Shown here one piece after another: positions 24,952 through 37,441 of a stretch of 64,000 bases of DNA. How positions within the stretch are numbered: the stretch's first letter is position 1; every line of letters starts with the position of its first letter. The notes under the pieces were generated by a model. It was not told the origin of the DNA, did not search any database, and worked only from the letters and a program-made list of their open reading frames with translations. The position numbers were made by a program, and so were the translations under genes. Source of the DNA: Vermamoeba vermiformis (Eukaryota); contig JBEWZL010000219.1 of assembly GCA_045837725.1 (NCBI GenBank), positions 62,001-126,000 of the forward strand, in the 5' to 3' direction.

Positions 24952-26509
24952 ATGAAAGCACAAGTGAAGAGTAAAGTGGCTAAAGTAGCCAAAGAGGCCA
25001 ATGTTGACCATGGTTGGTGGTCTGCCAACCCCAGCAAGCGCGCTGGTGAACGATTCTTCCTTTGGTAAATTTGGATCCGGATTTGTCAAACAACCCGAAC
25101 GAAAAATTAAATAATTATTTCTAGGTATACCCCTATATGGATTGGTGGTGTAGCCGCTGTTGTAGCCACTGAAAAATATAAGGTAAATACCAGATATTTT
25201 ATTAACGGTTCCGTAACAATTAATTTTACTAAGCCTTTTAATTTACGCAAATTATTACGGCCACTAACTTTGTGATTAATAGGAATGGTCTGATTGGGGT
25301 TATAACTTGCTTGGTCTTGCCGTCTGCTTGCCCTGCATGTTGTGGCCGATCTTCTTCCCCGCTAAGGTAATTCTTTCTTCCGCCATTGCATTTCATTTAT
25401 TGTTGCCCATAATTCATTGCATAATCGATGGCTGTACAAACTTTTAAATTGAAGAATAAGTTATTCATTCTTTTTCGTCGTTCAGGAAGACAAGAACATT
25501 CCTTGGACTCAACGCTATGCCACTAAGGTATGAATATGAATAAATAGTAGCATTGAGTGCCCAAGAATACTCAATATCTTATTAACGCCAGGCTAACTTG
25601 TGGATCTTGTTGTTCAACTTTGTTGGCAATTACTTCTGGACTCACTACTTCTTTTCATTGTTGGGTGCCTCATATACCTTCCCCGTTACTATTATGTTGA
25701 ATAAGGTACAGTTACTGCTCTTTTTGAATCAATCTGAAACACTTACGATCCGTCGATGATGCTCGCGTGCTACTACGTCTTCCTATTTCATCGAGTAAAG
25801 CTAATACTGACCCTATTTATTATAGATCCCTCCAGTTATGTTTATGTTGACTCAAGCCTACTTCCAAACCTACCACATCCTCTCTAACTTCGGCATCCGA
25901 TTCTTGAAGAGAAAGTAAGCACACGAACAGTAATAACACTCATAATATAACATTCGTACGTATAGTTCATAATATTTAATGCCCTATTCTTCCGCAGGTT
26001 GTCTCCTGGCTTTGCGCGTGTCGTTATGATTGCTTTGTACGTGTTCCTTAGCTCCACTTTTGTTGCTTTCATGGAGACCTGGACTATTCAATCTGTAAGC
26101 AATAGTAATACAGCGACGACTAGTATTAGTAGCTCAATTGACTTCACAATAGGTCCCATACTACTCATTCCCTGATCGCACCAAGATGTACCAGATCGGA
26201 ACTTTCTTCTATGCGATTTACTTCTACGTTAGCTTTCCTATGTTCTTCAGGTAATTTCATAATTTCATTCTCAAAATTGTGCTGCGCTTTACGGCTTCGT
26301 GGAACCCCGCGCTCGGAAAATTGAGAGATTTCTAAATTTTATGTAGATTGGACGAGAATGCTGGCGAGAACTGGGACTTGTCTAAGACTGCCATCGACTC
26401 TTTGGGCTCAGCTATGACCGTCTTCATCTTCTGCGACTTCTGGCGCTTGACTGTCGGCAACATCAACAGCGATCTGCCTGCGGACAAAATCCCTTTTATT
26501 CCAGAATAA
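24952..26509 (+). CDS. CPI1: Cycloeucalenol cycloisomerase (cyclopropyl sterol isomerase); multi-exon
   Basis: WWSANPSKRAGERFFL, YTPIWIG, KANLWILLFNFVGNYFWTHYFF..LGASYTFP, AFMET, FYAIYFYVSFPMFFRLDE, DFWRL. Confidence 0.95.
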
Positions 26510-26671
26510 AAGGCCACCATTATTACGACTACAAGTATTGCGAAATACTATTAAGGTTCTTTGAAGTGCAAAAACTTCAGATCTGGCAATCGAACAATTG
26601 CAACGCTTCAGGAAGTATTTCAAAATAATTTTTGATATTGAAATGTTTATTATTAACATATATCTACATTT

Positions 26672-26905
26672 TTAAGCATGATTGGCTTGTTTTTGACCGA
26701 TTTCAGAGGCTAAGTCGGAATCGCCTCCTTCCTTGATATTCTGCGACACGGGATCGAGTGTTCCGAGCACTCCGCGACGAGGGTCTTTGACGTGCTGTTG
26801 GTCCTTGGGTATTTCAGCTTGTTCTTGTTGCACGTCTTCTTTGGGCTTAGCAGGAGCCGTGACTGCCTTGTGCATAGGGTTGTGATGAATTTCGTAATGA
26901 CTCAT
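26672..26905 (-). CDS. Small intronless hydrophilic protein (77 aa), unknown function
   Basis: ATG 26905 after an AC-rich leader (CACACAACAATG); MSHYEIHHNPMHK...KQANHA*; GC-richer than flanks. Confidence 0.6.
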   Translation of the reverse strand: MSHYEIHHNPMHKAVTAPAKPKEDVQQEQAEIPKDQQHVKDPRRGVLGTLDPVSQNIKEGGDSDLASEIGQKQANHA

Positions 26906-27763
26906 TGTTGTGTGGTTATATTGGTACGTTAGTTGAATAATAATGCGTTGTTGCAGCTCGGTTTTTAAGCAGATCTGATCCAAGCGAAATCTCAGAGGAA
27001 CACGAATGAAAACTTGACAGCCAATCATATTAATCGCGATGTTTTCGACCGACAATTCATTCGCATATACCGCTGAAGAGGATAGCCTCGACGCTCGGGC
27101 AAAGATCAGATGCAACACCGGTTCTGTTCGGACTCGTTCTTGGACGGCAATAATTGCCTTCCATAACATGATTCTTATATTAGAGCTAATTAACGAAGCC
27201 TCGGACTATCGATTCGCGGAGGGTAATCGCAGCGCTATTACCGCTCAGCAGACCTGTCACTCCGGGTGTCACTCTTGCCCCTTATCGGAACAGTCACGTG
27301 GCACTGGACAGCTTTCACGTGAATGTGTTGGACGTGTATTATAAGGTTAATAATGTTATTCGAGCTCCGCCGATGAGGTATACTCCCGTAGTCCGATCGA
27401 CCGGATTCAATCAAAACAACGGTCAGTATGCTCAAACGGCATTGCAAAGGTATGTCATAGATATGGCGAGACTTATATCTGCATCATTTTGGCCTGAAAT
27501 GGTCTACAGAGGTGGACAAGGCTGGATCTAACTTTGTGGTTTGGCTTGCACCTGCTAACGTGGTACTTCTACTAGGCATTTCACGCACCTATTAAATATT
27601 GCCCTGCTGTAGAGTAGAACTACAGGACAGTAGGACACCAACATGTCTAAATAAGGCAAGAGCTTCTAAAATTGGGGTCAGTTGAAATGACCATTCGTTC
27701 AGTGAACAATATCAATATTTTTACGAGTGTTCCCAAGCGATTCACTATTTGACCGCATTAGCG

Positions 27764-29393
27764 ATGAATACCACATCATTCGACTGCTCGACTTGCGATC
27801 CATACACTGGCGCTTGTCGGCCGGATTTGTTCCAGTGCCTGTGTAGGGTGTATTGGACCGGCGATAACTGTTCGACAAGCATGATTAGCGAAAACGCATC
27901 ACTAGAAAAATATTTTTATGCTCATATCATCATCTTCTGCATTTTATTCGGAGGCATTTTTGCTTTTGGATTGGCTGAAATAATTATCTTGGTAAGTGTC
28001 ATTTTTTTGATATATAATATATTTTCGTTCTCCAACAAGATTGATTTAACTTAATTGGTGGCGGTTTAACATAAAGAATTAAGGCATTGACCCGGGCCAA
28101 AAAATTCGATCTAAATCCAAGTTATCGTTAAACTTAAAACTCAAATAAATTGCTCACAAACTAAAGATCACTTAATATTATGTCTTAAATTGCTAATTAA
28201 TTGCAACAACGTTTCAAATCTGTCACTCAAAAAGATACTCACATGATTCATTTGTAGTGCCGGGGCAGCAAACGAGCAGTTAATAAGCCAACATTGCTCA
28301 TGTTTATTACATGCGTATTCGTGGGAGCAGGTACGATTTAATTTCAGCGGTTTTTACTCCAGGGATCCGATGAAATTCTAATTCTTTCTTTCTTCAATCA
28401 GAGCGAATTGTCTTCCTTGCAGTCTTCCGATACGGCCAAGTTAAACAGCTTGCCTATAGTAAGTGATTTAATTACATTTTACATTTTCGGTTCAAATCCA
28501 TTGAGTCAAATTCTTGCCATAACGGGTGTTACTCAGGATTAAATCATAAAGATGGTGTTTACACGCTATTAGTACTAATATAGTCTATATATAAATGCCA
28601 TCGTATTAAGATTTAATAACAGTCTTATTAAATCTCAATGACGTAAATTATTAATCGTTGCCGTCCTGTAGTTGGATCCACGCTACTGGAAGGAATTGTG
28701 ATTTGGGCCATCGTATTTATGCATATACTGGTGCTTCTATTCTGGCTGGGTGCATATATCAGCACTGTCCCGAGAAAGAGCTATTTAATCAAGCGCATTC
28801 GGATCGCGGCAATTTGCGTGGTGGTGTTTTTCTTGTTGCTCGAATTAGCACGAGATATAGTCTATGGCATTCTGCCACTCACCTTCAAGCAGATTATTCC
28901 GCTGCAAATCGTGACGCAAATCATTGTTGCGCTGATTATACTGCCCAGTGCCATCATCTTGTTGGTGTTCGGAACTAAACTGACCAAAGAACTCGGCAAA
29001 TTCAAAGACCTCAGCAAAGCTCGTCGAAGATTGATCAATAGGGTACGTAGTATATTATAACTACCGTAATATTATCGTACTAAGCATTAATGGGATTAGA
29101 TCAACAACTTTGCCAAGTCGATCTGTGGCGCAGTCATTGCTGTCACTGTGGTGCTCATTGCATTGCGTATTGTCAACGTAACAACTGAGCGCGAGTACCC
29201 TGCAGTGAGCATGGCTATTCTATCGGTATCTCGATTCATGGAAGTGTTGTATTGCTTCATGATCCTGATCACTTACCACCGCGAGGTCAAAACTCCGGAA
29301 CAAAGTACTTCATCGCAGAATAGTCCTGGAGCTATCAGCACTTCTAATGTCAATACAGCTTCTGGCGATGATGTTCAGCTGACTTCGCGTTAG
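27764..29393 (+). CDS. Seven-transmembrane receptor-like protein with N-terminal Cys-rich EGF-like domain; multi-exon
   Basis: CSTCDPYTGACRPDLFQCLCRVYWTGDNC followed by seven hydrophobic segments after splicing and a Ser/Thr-rich C-tail. Confidence 0.75.
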
Positions 29394-29642
29394 ACAGGTC
29401 TTATTGAGATCGTCGGATTTGGAAGCATTAAATTGCTCCAACGAAACTCCAATGTAAATAATATTATAAATATCGAACCAATACTGTTGCCACGCAGCAG
29501 AAACTACCAGAATGTTCTGAACGGCAAACACAATCTCGGACAATTGCTTTTTATTGTCCCGTGGCAGTAACATCAAACAGAATACTACTGTATGTTGTAA
29601 AAAGGACTAAAATACTGCTAGATGACCTATTGATTGAAATTT

Positions 29643-31114
29643 ATGGATCCGCAACAGAAACGTAGCGATAAATTGAATGGAAGTCAATTCGTTTTCGACA
29701 CCGAACATAAGGTAATCAAAATATAGACTATTATATGATGTTGATATCCTCAGATTAGATGTTTATTGTTATTATTATTGTTATTTATTAACAAAATTAA
29801 AACCCAAAATCTTCGCTAAACCAATCGAATCAAAACTCCTTGCCCGATCGTTTAATTACTTAATTATAACGCTATGTATTTCTGACTGGATTTTGCTTTG
29901 CGCAATGATTTGGCGTTTATTCATGCTGACACGTGTCATTTAGGAATTAATGTTGCTGCCCATTGAGATCTGGTACGTGATATTAGACCTCATTACACCG
30001 CCCAATACGCCTGGCTCTAAAATATGGGTGCTCTATTTGTCCCTGGCCTCACGGAGGGGTCACATGATCGCCCAAAAATATCTCGAGCACGTGTCACTCA
30101 AAATCACACGCGCTGATCAGCCACACTTCATGACATACCTCGCATCACGTGGGTATTTAGCGGCACTTGAATATGCGCATCAGAGTCACTGTCAGTGGTC
30201 GAAAGATACGTGCGCTGAGGCCGCACTTCACGGTCAGTTAGCGACATTACATTACGCGCACGAGAACGGAGCTCCGTGGAACGAGGACACGTGCGTCAAT
30301 GCAGCAAAGAATGGACATTTAAAGTGCTTAGAATATGCGATTTTGAATGGCTGCATCGGTCCGGACTCCCTGCACAACACTGCTATATGTCGCGAGGCTG
30401 CAACTTACGGCCACGTTGATTGTTTGGCCTTTGCGCATGAAAATGGTTGTGAATGGAACGAACACGCGACTACTAATGCAGCCATGCACGGGCAGCTGGA
30501 CTGTTTGAAGTACATTCATGAAAAGGGCGGCAAGTGGGATGGCTGGACTATGACACTCACCGCGTCAAAAGGGCAGTTGGAGTGCTTGAAGTACATGCAC
30601 GAGAATGGCTGTAAGTAACTCCCATAGCTGTCGATTGACACGGCTGATATTGATCGCAGGTCCTTGGCACGATGAAATTACCATTGCCGCGACAGCAGGA
30701 GGTCACTTACACATCATCAAATACGCCATCGAACACGGCTGTCCCACTCCTCCTGAAGGGTTCTTGTACGGAGTAGCAGCGATCAACGGCAGACTCGAGA
30801 TCATGAAGTATTTGTACGAAGAGCTGCACACCGTCTGGCACCGCTTTGGTACGTCAAACTCAGCTCTTGCGGGACACGTTGACTGTTTGAAATATGCGCA
30901 CGAACATGGCTGTCCCTGGGGCGAGTTCACGTGTCTGTGGGCCTCGAAACAAGGGCACTTAGATTGCCTCAAGTACGCGCACGAGAACGGCGCTCAATGG
31001 GACGAGGCTGTGTGCAGCGCTGGTCTCGCGAACGGTCACGTGGACTGCGTGCAATACGCACATGAGAACGGTGTGCCGTGCAGTCACAACACACCTCGCA
31101 AAGACAATTTGTAG
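29643..31114 (+). CDS. F-box-like + ankyrin repeat protein (GHLxCLKYAHENGCPW class); 3 exons
   Basis: Exon 29643-29711 splices in frame to 29944; LLPIEIWYVILDLI; ~10 repeats such as AAKNGHLKCLEYA and GHVDCLKYAHEHGCPW. Confidence 0.88.
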
Positions 31115-31229
31115 AATAATAATGTGAAATCGCAAAGTTTTATTTTGTACAATTACATCGATGACAGATCCGCAGTATGGTACACGCGCCATCGATGCAA
31201 ATAAATAGAAATTATGAACAAGAAGAATA

Positions 31230-34200
31230 CTACATGTTGCTGTTCCTATGAACTGGCTTCTCTTTGGAATTTGGTTTCTTGGTCAGATCCGCGCTATGCG
31301 TCCTTCGATGCGTGGCTGCCAAGTTTTTGTTCTTCTCAGTCAAGTACGACAGATTGGTGAACGAGAACATGGGAATGTCTTCAATGCTGCCGTAGTCCTC
31401 TGCAGCTATTGACCCTCGTGACATGTTCAGTGGCGAGGACTTGGCGATGTTTGGACTCGAACTGATCACTGCACTCGCTGTCGGACTGTTGCCCGAGCCG
31501 TATTGGTCTTTTCGATCTGCAGCTGGATTAGTACGAACTCAAATAGGACTAATACCCTTCAAATGACTTACCCCAAAAGTACGAAGTGTCCTGTGTGTTT
31601 TCAGGGCGAGGAATGAACACGTCACCCATGGGCTCAGACAAGAGTGTGTCCCAGTTGATGCCCTCGAAGAACGGGTGCTCTTTGATCTCTTTCACGCCAT
31701 TAGCGCCGAGTCTCTTGCGTGGATCGAGCTGCAGCAAGCGATCGATGAAGTCAGCGGCGACTGGTGGCAAGTCTTCGAGCAAGTCCAAGTCTACAGGGTC
31801 GATGTTAGCATCATAAAGCTGATTGTTAATTATTCAATCGTACCTCGTGCCAGAATCTTCTGGAAGATGAGTTCAGGTGTCTCAGCATTGAAGGGCGGCA
31901 CACCCAACAAGAACTCGTAGGTCATGACACCCAAGGCCCAAAAGTCAACAGCCTCGCTGTGTCCCGTGCCCAGCAACACTTCAGGACTGAGATAGTCCGG
32001 TGTGCCCAAGACACGATTCGACGATGAATGTGAAGAGTCCTCGACGTCGATAGAAATCTCTTTGGCATTCGACAAGTCGAGCAGTGGATCGGGGCCTTGA
32101 CCTGCACCAGGGGCAGGACCAGCTTCTTCAATGTAACCCAATCGGGACAAGCCAAAGTCCGTCAACTTCAAGTGTCCGTCGTCATTGATGAGAATGTTGT
32201 CGGGCTTGAGATCTCGATGCACAATGCCAATCGAGTGCAAGTACTCGAGTGCCAAGACAATCTCAGCCACGTACTTGCGCGTCATGTTCAAATCAAAACA
32301 GTTCAGAGCTGCCAGTAGTGACGCCAAGTCACCACCGATCAAGTACTCCATGACCAAGTACAGATATTCCTGTGCACGTGTCAGCAATGTACAAGACAAG
32401 ATAAAGCTATGGGGCTGCGTACCTTTGATTGGAAAGCGTAAAATAACTTGACAACGAATGGGTTTTGGGCTTTGGCGAGTGCGTCACGTTCAGTCATGAC
32501 AGCGTCTTTCAAGTTCTTTCTGATGATGTCTTTCTTCCTAATCACTTTGATCGCGTACAAATCGCCTGTTCGTTTCTTCGTTGCCAAATATACACGGCCA
32601 AAAGCACCGCGACTGATTGGCTTCAAGATCTCGAAGTCCTGAATGGAGACTGTACGGGCACGAGGTGAGGGAGTCATGTCTTTCTCTTTTTGATCTTTCT
32701 GATCGTGGTGTTTGAACACGGACAAAAAGCTCCAAAAGCCCTCTGTCAAATGGTCGTTAGTGCCTGTCATATACAGTACTATATGAGTGTCACGTACTCT
32801 TTTTAGCATCCACAGGGCGTGAAGTCAACAGTGACTGATACTCGTTCAATGAGGCCCATTTCTCTTCAATCTAACAAAGCAAGTGTGTCAGAAATCGTGT
32901 TGAATATCGACAGGGTAGTGCGTTCTAGGACGTACCACTTTGTAAATTCTGCTGCCAAAGGTCGCAACAGACATGACGTAAGTGCTGGCTTGCAAGATCT
33001 TTTCAATCTTGGACATGAGCTTGGAACACTTGTCGATTGATTCTTTAGAGCCGTCGTAGCCCAATGACGCTGCACTCGCCGCTAGTTTTTCAAGTCGTTG
33101 AAGACTCGAGATCTCAGTGCTGCTCTCTTTTTCATTCAATTTTTTGCGCGTGTGTTGCATGGCTTCAATCAACTGATTCAACCTCAAGTCGCACGAGAAG
33201 TTCTTCAAGTCACATTTGCTGATGATGGCGCAGTACTTGGTGTGCTCGTCCAGCACTGTGGCGCGCATTGACTCCTCGCAAATTCTGCACACGACAATTT
33301 CATCACCACCCTGTGCAATACATCGATTAGTAACAGACACGTAACACTTGTAATTCGAGCACGTACGCTGCTGTAATGACCACTGCCGCCACTGCCCATC
33401 GATGACAATAGGGCCTGACGTGCGGCAAAGCTGCCAACAATAGCCTCGGAGAAATCATCGCCCGAGCCACTCGAGGTCAGTGTGCCCGTCGATTGGTTCA
33501 AGGACGAGGTCTGTTTCTTCTCAATTGTGTCTGACTCCGCTGTGGCATTGAGCGTTGTCAACTGGCCGCCTGAAATGTTCAAAGGCTTTTTGGGCGGTAC
33601 AACTGTCGGCTCAGTGGTCACGAGGTCAGGCATGGTCGGAGAGTAGGGCCGATCAGTCAATTTAGTTTTTCCGCTGGTCCGTAGCTTTTTCAGGAAAAAC
33701 AAATTATTAGAAATTGAAGGCACACAAATTGCAATATAGTTGTTGTGCTTAAGTATTGCACCACAATAATATTTAAATTAATATCTTTCATGTGCACTTA
33801 CTTGTGTTACTTTTTTAGGTGCAGGCGGTGTGGCAGTTGATTTTTTGTCGTAAGAATCCACGCAGTGATTGTGATAATCCATGATTCTAACAAACAAAAG
33901 TTAGCACTCTTGAGCGATATTGTAGGACCTATTAGACGTACCTTGATAAGCGCGAGTATATTAACAACAACTTGGTAATATAGCTCTTAGCTGTAGTGTC
34001 TAAAGACTCTTTCTTAAACAACTGCAGAATATCGCGCACTATGTTCGCGGATGTATTATTCTCCATCAACACCTCGACCTAACACGAGTAATTAGTATTA
34101 ATAGCCTGGTTGTACACGGAGAGTTGGAAAATTAAAAATAATTCAGAAAATACTAATAAAAATAACGATAACTTTGGATTCTCAGAAAAAATTATACGTA

Positions 34201-37036
34201 GAAAATAGTCAGCAGTAATAACGCTGCTGTCAGTTACTGTAATTAACTTTATATTAATAGAATAGATGCTTACCGAAGTGGATATAATTCTCTCAGAAAT
34301 TCGTTTGAGTTGTTCCATTAACGACAGACTTGGTTTGTTGTCCTGTTACAATGAAAGTAGTGATATATTAGCGAGATGAGCCGCGCATTAACAATGTGCA
34401 AGAGAGTTGGAATAAGATTATTATTGTCGAGCATGTTTTGAAGAAATGATTGCTGGATCTGATCCGCTGAAATTTAGCACGACATTCTTGTTCAAATCCA
34501 ATAACAAATATAAAGTCCTCTTGTGCAGTGTTTGTGAAGTAAAAACAATTGAAAAAAAATAAAACCGAGAAGGCCGCGAGAGTAATTCACTAAACTCAAC
34601 AACCGGCTAAATTAGCACGTGGCTTTCCAAATAAGGAAAGAAAGCGTGGCTGAGGTGAAAGTTAGGCTGACTTACCAAACTAGCTGTGTGAGGCGTTGCG
34701 AAGAACAATTTCATCCTATTGAGAGTTAGCTTCGTGTTGCAGTGAGATCCGGATCTAGATCCACTTACCGTGACAAATACGCATCGAGATCGTTGTTGAA
34801 TTCGCTCAATAAGATATCTACTTGTTGCTTCAGCTTCACTATTGTCGTGACAAGAGTAGTCCGTTCAAGAATAAAGTTAGCAGAGTGACGCTTTTTCCTC
34901 TTGGTCACGGGCGAAGTGTTGGTGCCATTGCGCTGAAACATGACGGGGCCAGTCATCGCGCGGTGACGGCCATATGACGCACCGAACTCACTGCCCATGC
35001 TGACTGAGAGCGGCGAGACTGCTTTGTTCTCGTTGTTCTTGGCCGCTGCTGAGCTCTGTGCACTCGTGTTGCCATTGACTGCACTGGGCACGGGTGAGGT
35101 TGGTGCTGAAGGCATGTCATCGGGCAAGAAGTACCACGCATCGACTTCACTCTTCGAGTCTTGGGGCGGACTAGAAGGGTTGGTGCGAGGAGACACCAGG
35201 GCTGATTCTTCGTCCGACTCCGAGTCTTGGTGCACGGGCATGGTCACACTGATAGGGACGTGACTGCTGCTCAAATTCAAGAATTTCTTGGAATTGTTTT
35301 CATAGGACTCGTGCAGTGGTTTGTAAGCGGGCATTGATGCGGCTAAATCGAATTTGGGTGGGATCTGCGCTGCTCGTGAAACACGTCTCTTCTCTGAACC
35401 CTTGGGTGGTGTAATGGCACTAAAATAATATTTAATACCATGTCATTGCAAGTGAACAAAAAATTGTATCTTCGATCCAGATCGGATCCACAAAATGTAG
35501 ATCTCCATTCTCTCTTTCGTAATGCGTTGCTAATTGCTATAAATACGTACCACTGTGAAATAAATTTGTCCAAATTATATTCAAAATCATCCGCGGGATT
35601 GGAGCGTGAGACCACTGAAATCAGGGCAGTCAGCCACTCTTTGAAGTCGCGTTCATCATTCGCACAAATAAAATAAGGAGCCCACATATTCATTTTGTGC
35701 CTATTAGAGCCATTAATGTCTATTCTGTTGCATTGCGTTTTCATGGTTGCATAAATAATTACCGAATTGTGAAACAAAATTTTCTCTCTTTTTCTGGTGC
35801 AGCTCGCAGAATGGTATCAGTGAGCGGAATAACTCCTAGAGGCTTAGTGACCTGTAAGGTGCAACAAGGCGTTAATACAATAGAGCCCTGGTAGATATTT
35901 TAAAGGCGAATTAAATCGTCGCGTACCTGCTTGTTCTTGAAGTAATACAACCGTTCTTTTTTCAACACGAACCACCGTACTTTCCACGTCTTTAGCACGT
36001 GTCCTGTTCATGAATTAGCACTCGCTGTAGGCCTATAGAGTGATCAGGGTACTTGCCTTCTTTGGTTAAAAATCCCTCCTTGTCGGGCACCGAAAGTGAC
36101 TCAAAAGTCGGCTGCAACCAGAAAATTATTAGTAATACGTAACATGCATATTATATTGGCCTATATATGGTTGGAATATTGGACTCACGTTGTTCTCGGG
36201 CTTGAGCCAATTAATGAAATAGTTGCATGCCGTTAATGGATAGTTGGCAATAATTGAATGCAAATACCGTTGCAATAGTGCTTTTCGCTCCGCTCTGTAA
36301 CATGATTAATTATATGCTTTATAGAGTGTGTTACAACAGCGGATCTTACCGTAAGATCTCATCCGTTGGTGATCTCCACCACCAAGTCTTAGGCAAAAAT
36401 ACTTTATTCGTTTTCTCGGGGAATAGTGACTTTAACTATAATACATTCGCATTAGTATTAATTTCGGAAGACGTGTTGAGCCTTAAAATAGGCGATTGAT
36501 TTTTCTTTTGAATAATCGATACATTATAGCCGGCTATAATAATTCTTAATAATATGTCCTATATGCTCCACGTACCTCTTGATCGAGCTCTAAGAACTGA
36601 GAGTATCGTCGGAATATTTTCCATTTACTGCGTCCCAATTCAACTTGCAGGAGATAGGACTGAAAAAAATTAAAGAATTAAATATAGTTCACATTATAAT
36701 TGCCTTGGATAGGCTGCATCATACAAATTAAATAATTTGCCTCGTTGAATTGTCATATTAGAAACGTGTATCAATTTTTTATTCCCAACAGCCGAAAACG
36801 ATCCATTGAATTAAGTAATAATGATTTTTTATTCGAGGTTAATAGAAAATGAAAATTGTTTTAATATTAAAATGTTATCTTTTGTAGCGTTTTCCCAAAC
36901 TTACCGCAAACGGAGACAAATCTGAATCCAATAAAATTTCGCTGGACAATACGCTTAGTTTAAGCGTTTGATGAGACATTTCGTCATTTATGTCCGCATC
37001 GATTTTATCTATATCTTCGATGCTTGTCTCCATCAT
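31230..37036 (-). CDS. PX-PH domain AGC Ser/Thr kinase of IRE/Rim15/MAST-Greatwall type; multi-exon
   Basis: [43 protein letters not shown]. Also [18 protein letters not shown] zinc-finger motif, [53 protein letters not shown]. Confidence 0.9.
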
Positions 37037-37441
37037 TTTTTAACTGTGAATTGCAATTCGCCCGATCAATATACTCCACGCAGGCAAAGTCAAGCTGTAT
37101 TCGAGTATTTTACCATAATTATAAATAAAGCCTCTATTGCTCTATGTACGTAAATTTTAATGCATATCGCTCAGAGGTTAAATCACAACGTAACATTCTC
37201 TTTATCAACTTTATTTCAGCCCTGAAATTCCCATTTACGCAACGTCAGGAAAAAGAGTCAAAGGCTTGTTTCTGTTAGTTGCATATTGGACAACTACTCG
37301 TGCATCAATTACTCTGCAAATCGATTTGGGGGTGATCCGTCCTAACAGATCAGAACATTTTCTTCAGTTTTATTTTGTATTTACATCAATCTATTTCTAA
37401 CAAAATTGCCAGTTATTTTACAGGCTATTTATGCGTCGAGT

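Noticed and set aside
26906-27169. N-terminal extension of ORF 26672-27169
   Set aside because: Looks like promoter sequence; the ATG at 26905 has the typical AC-rich leader and marks the composition change.
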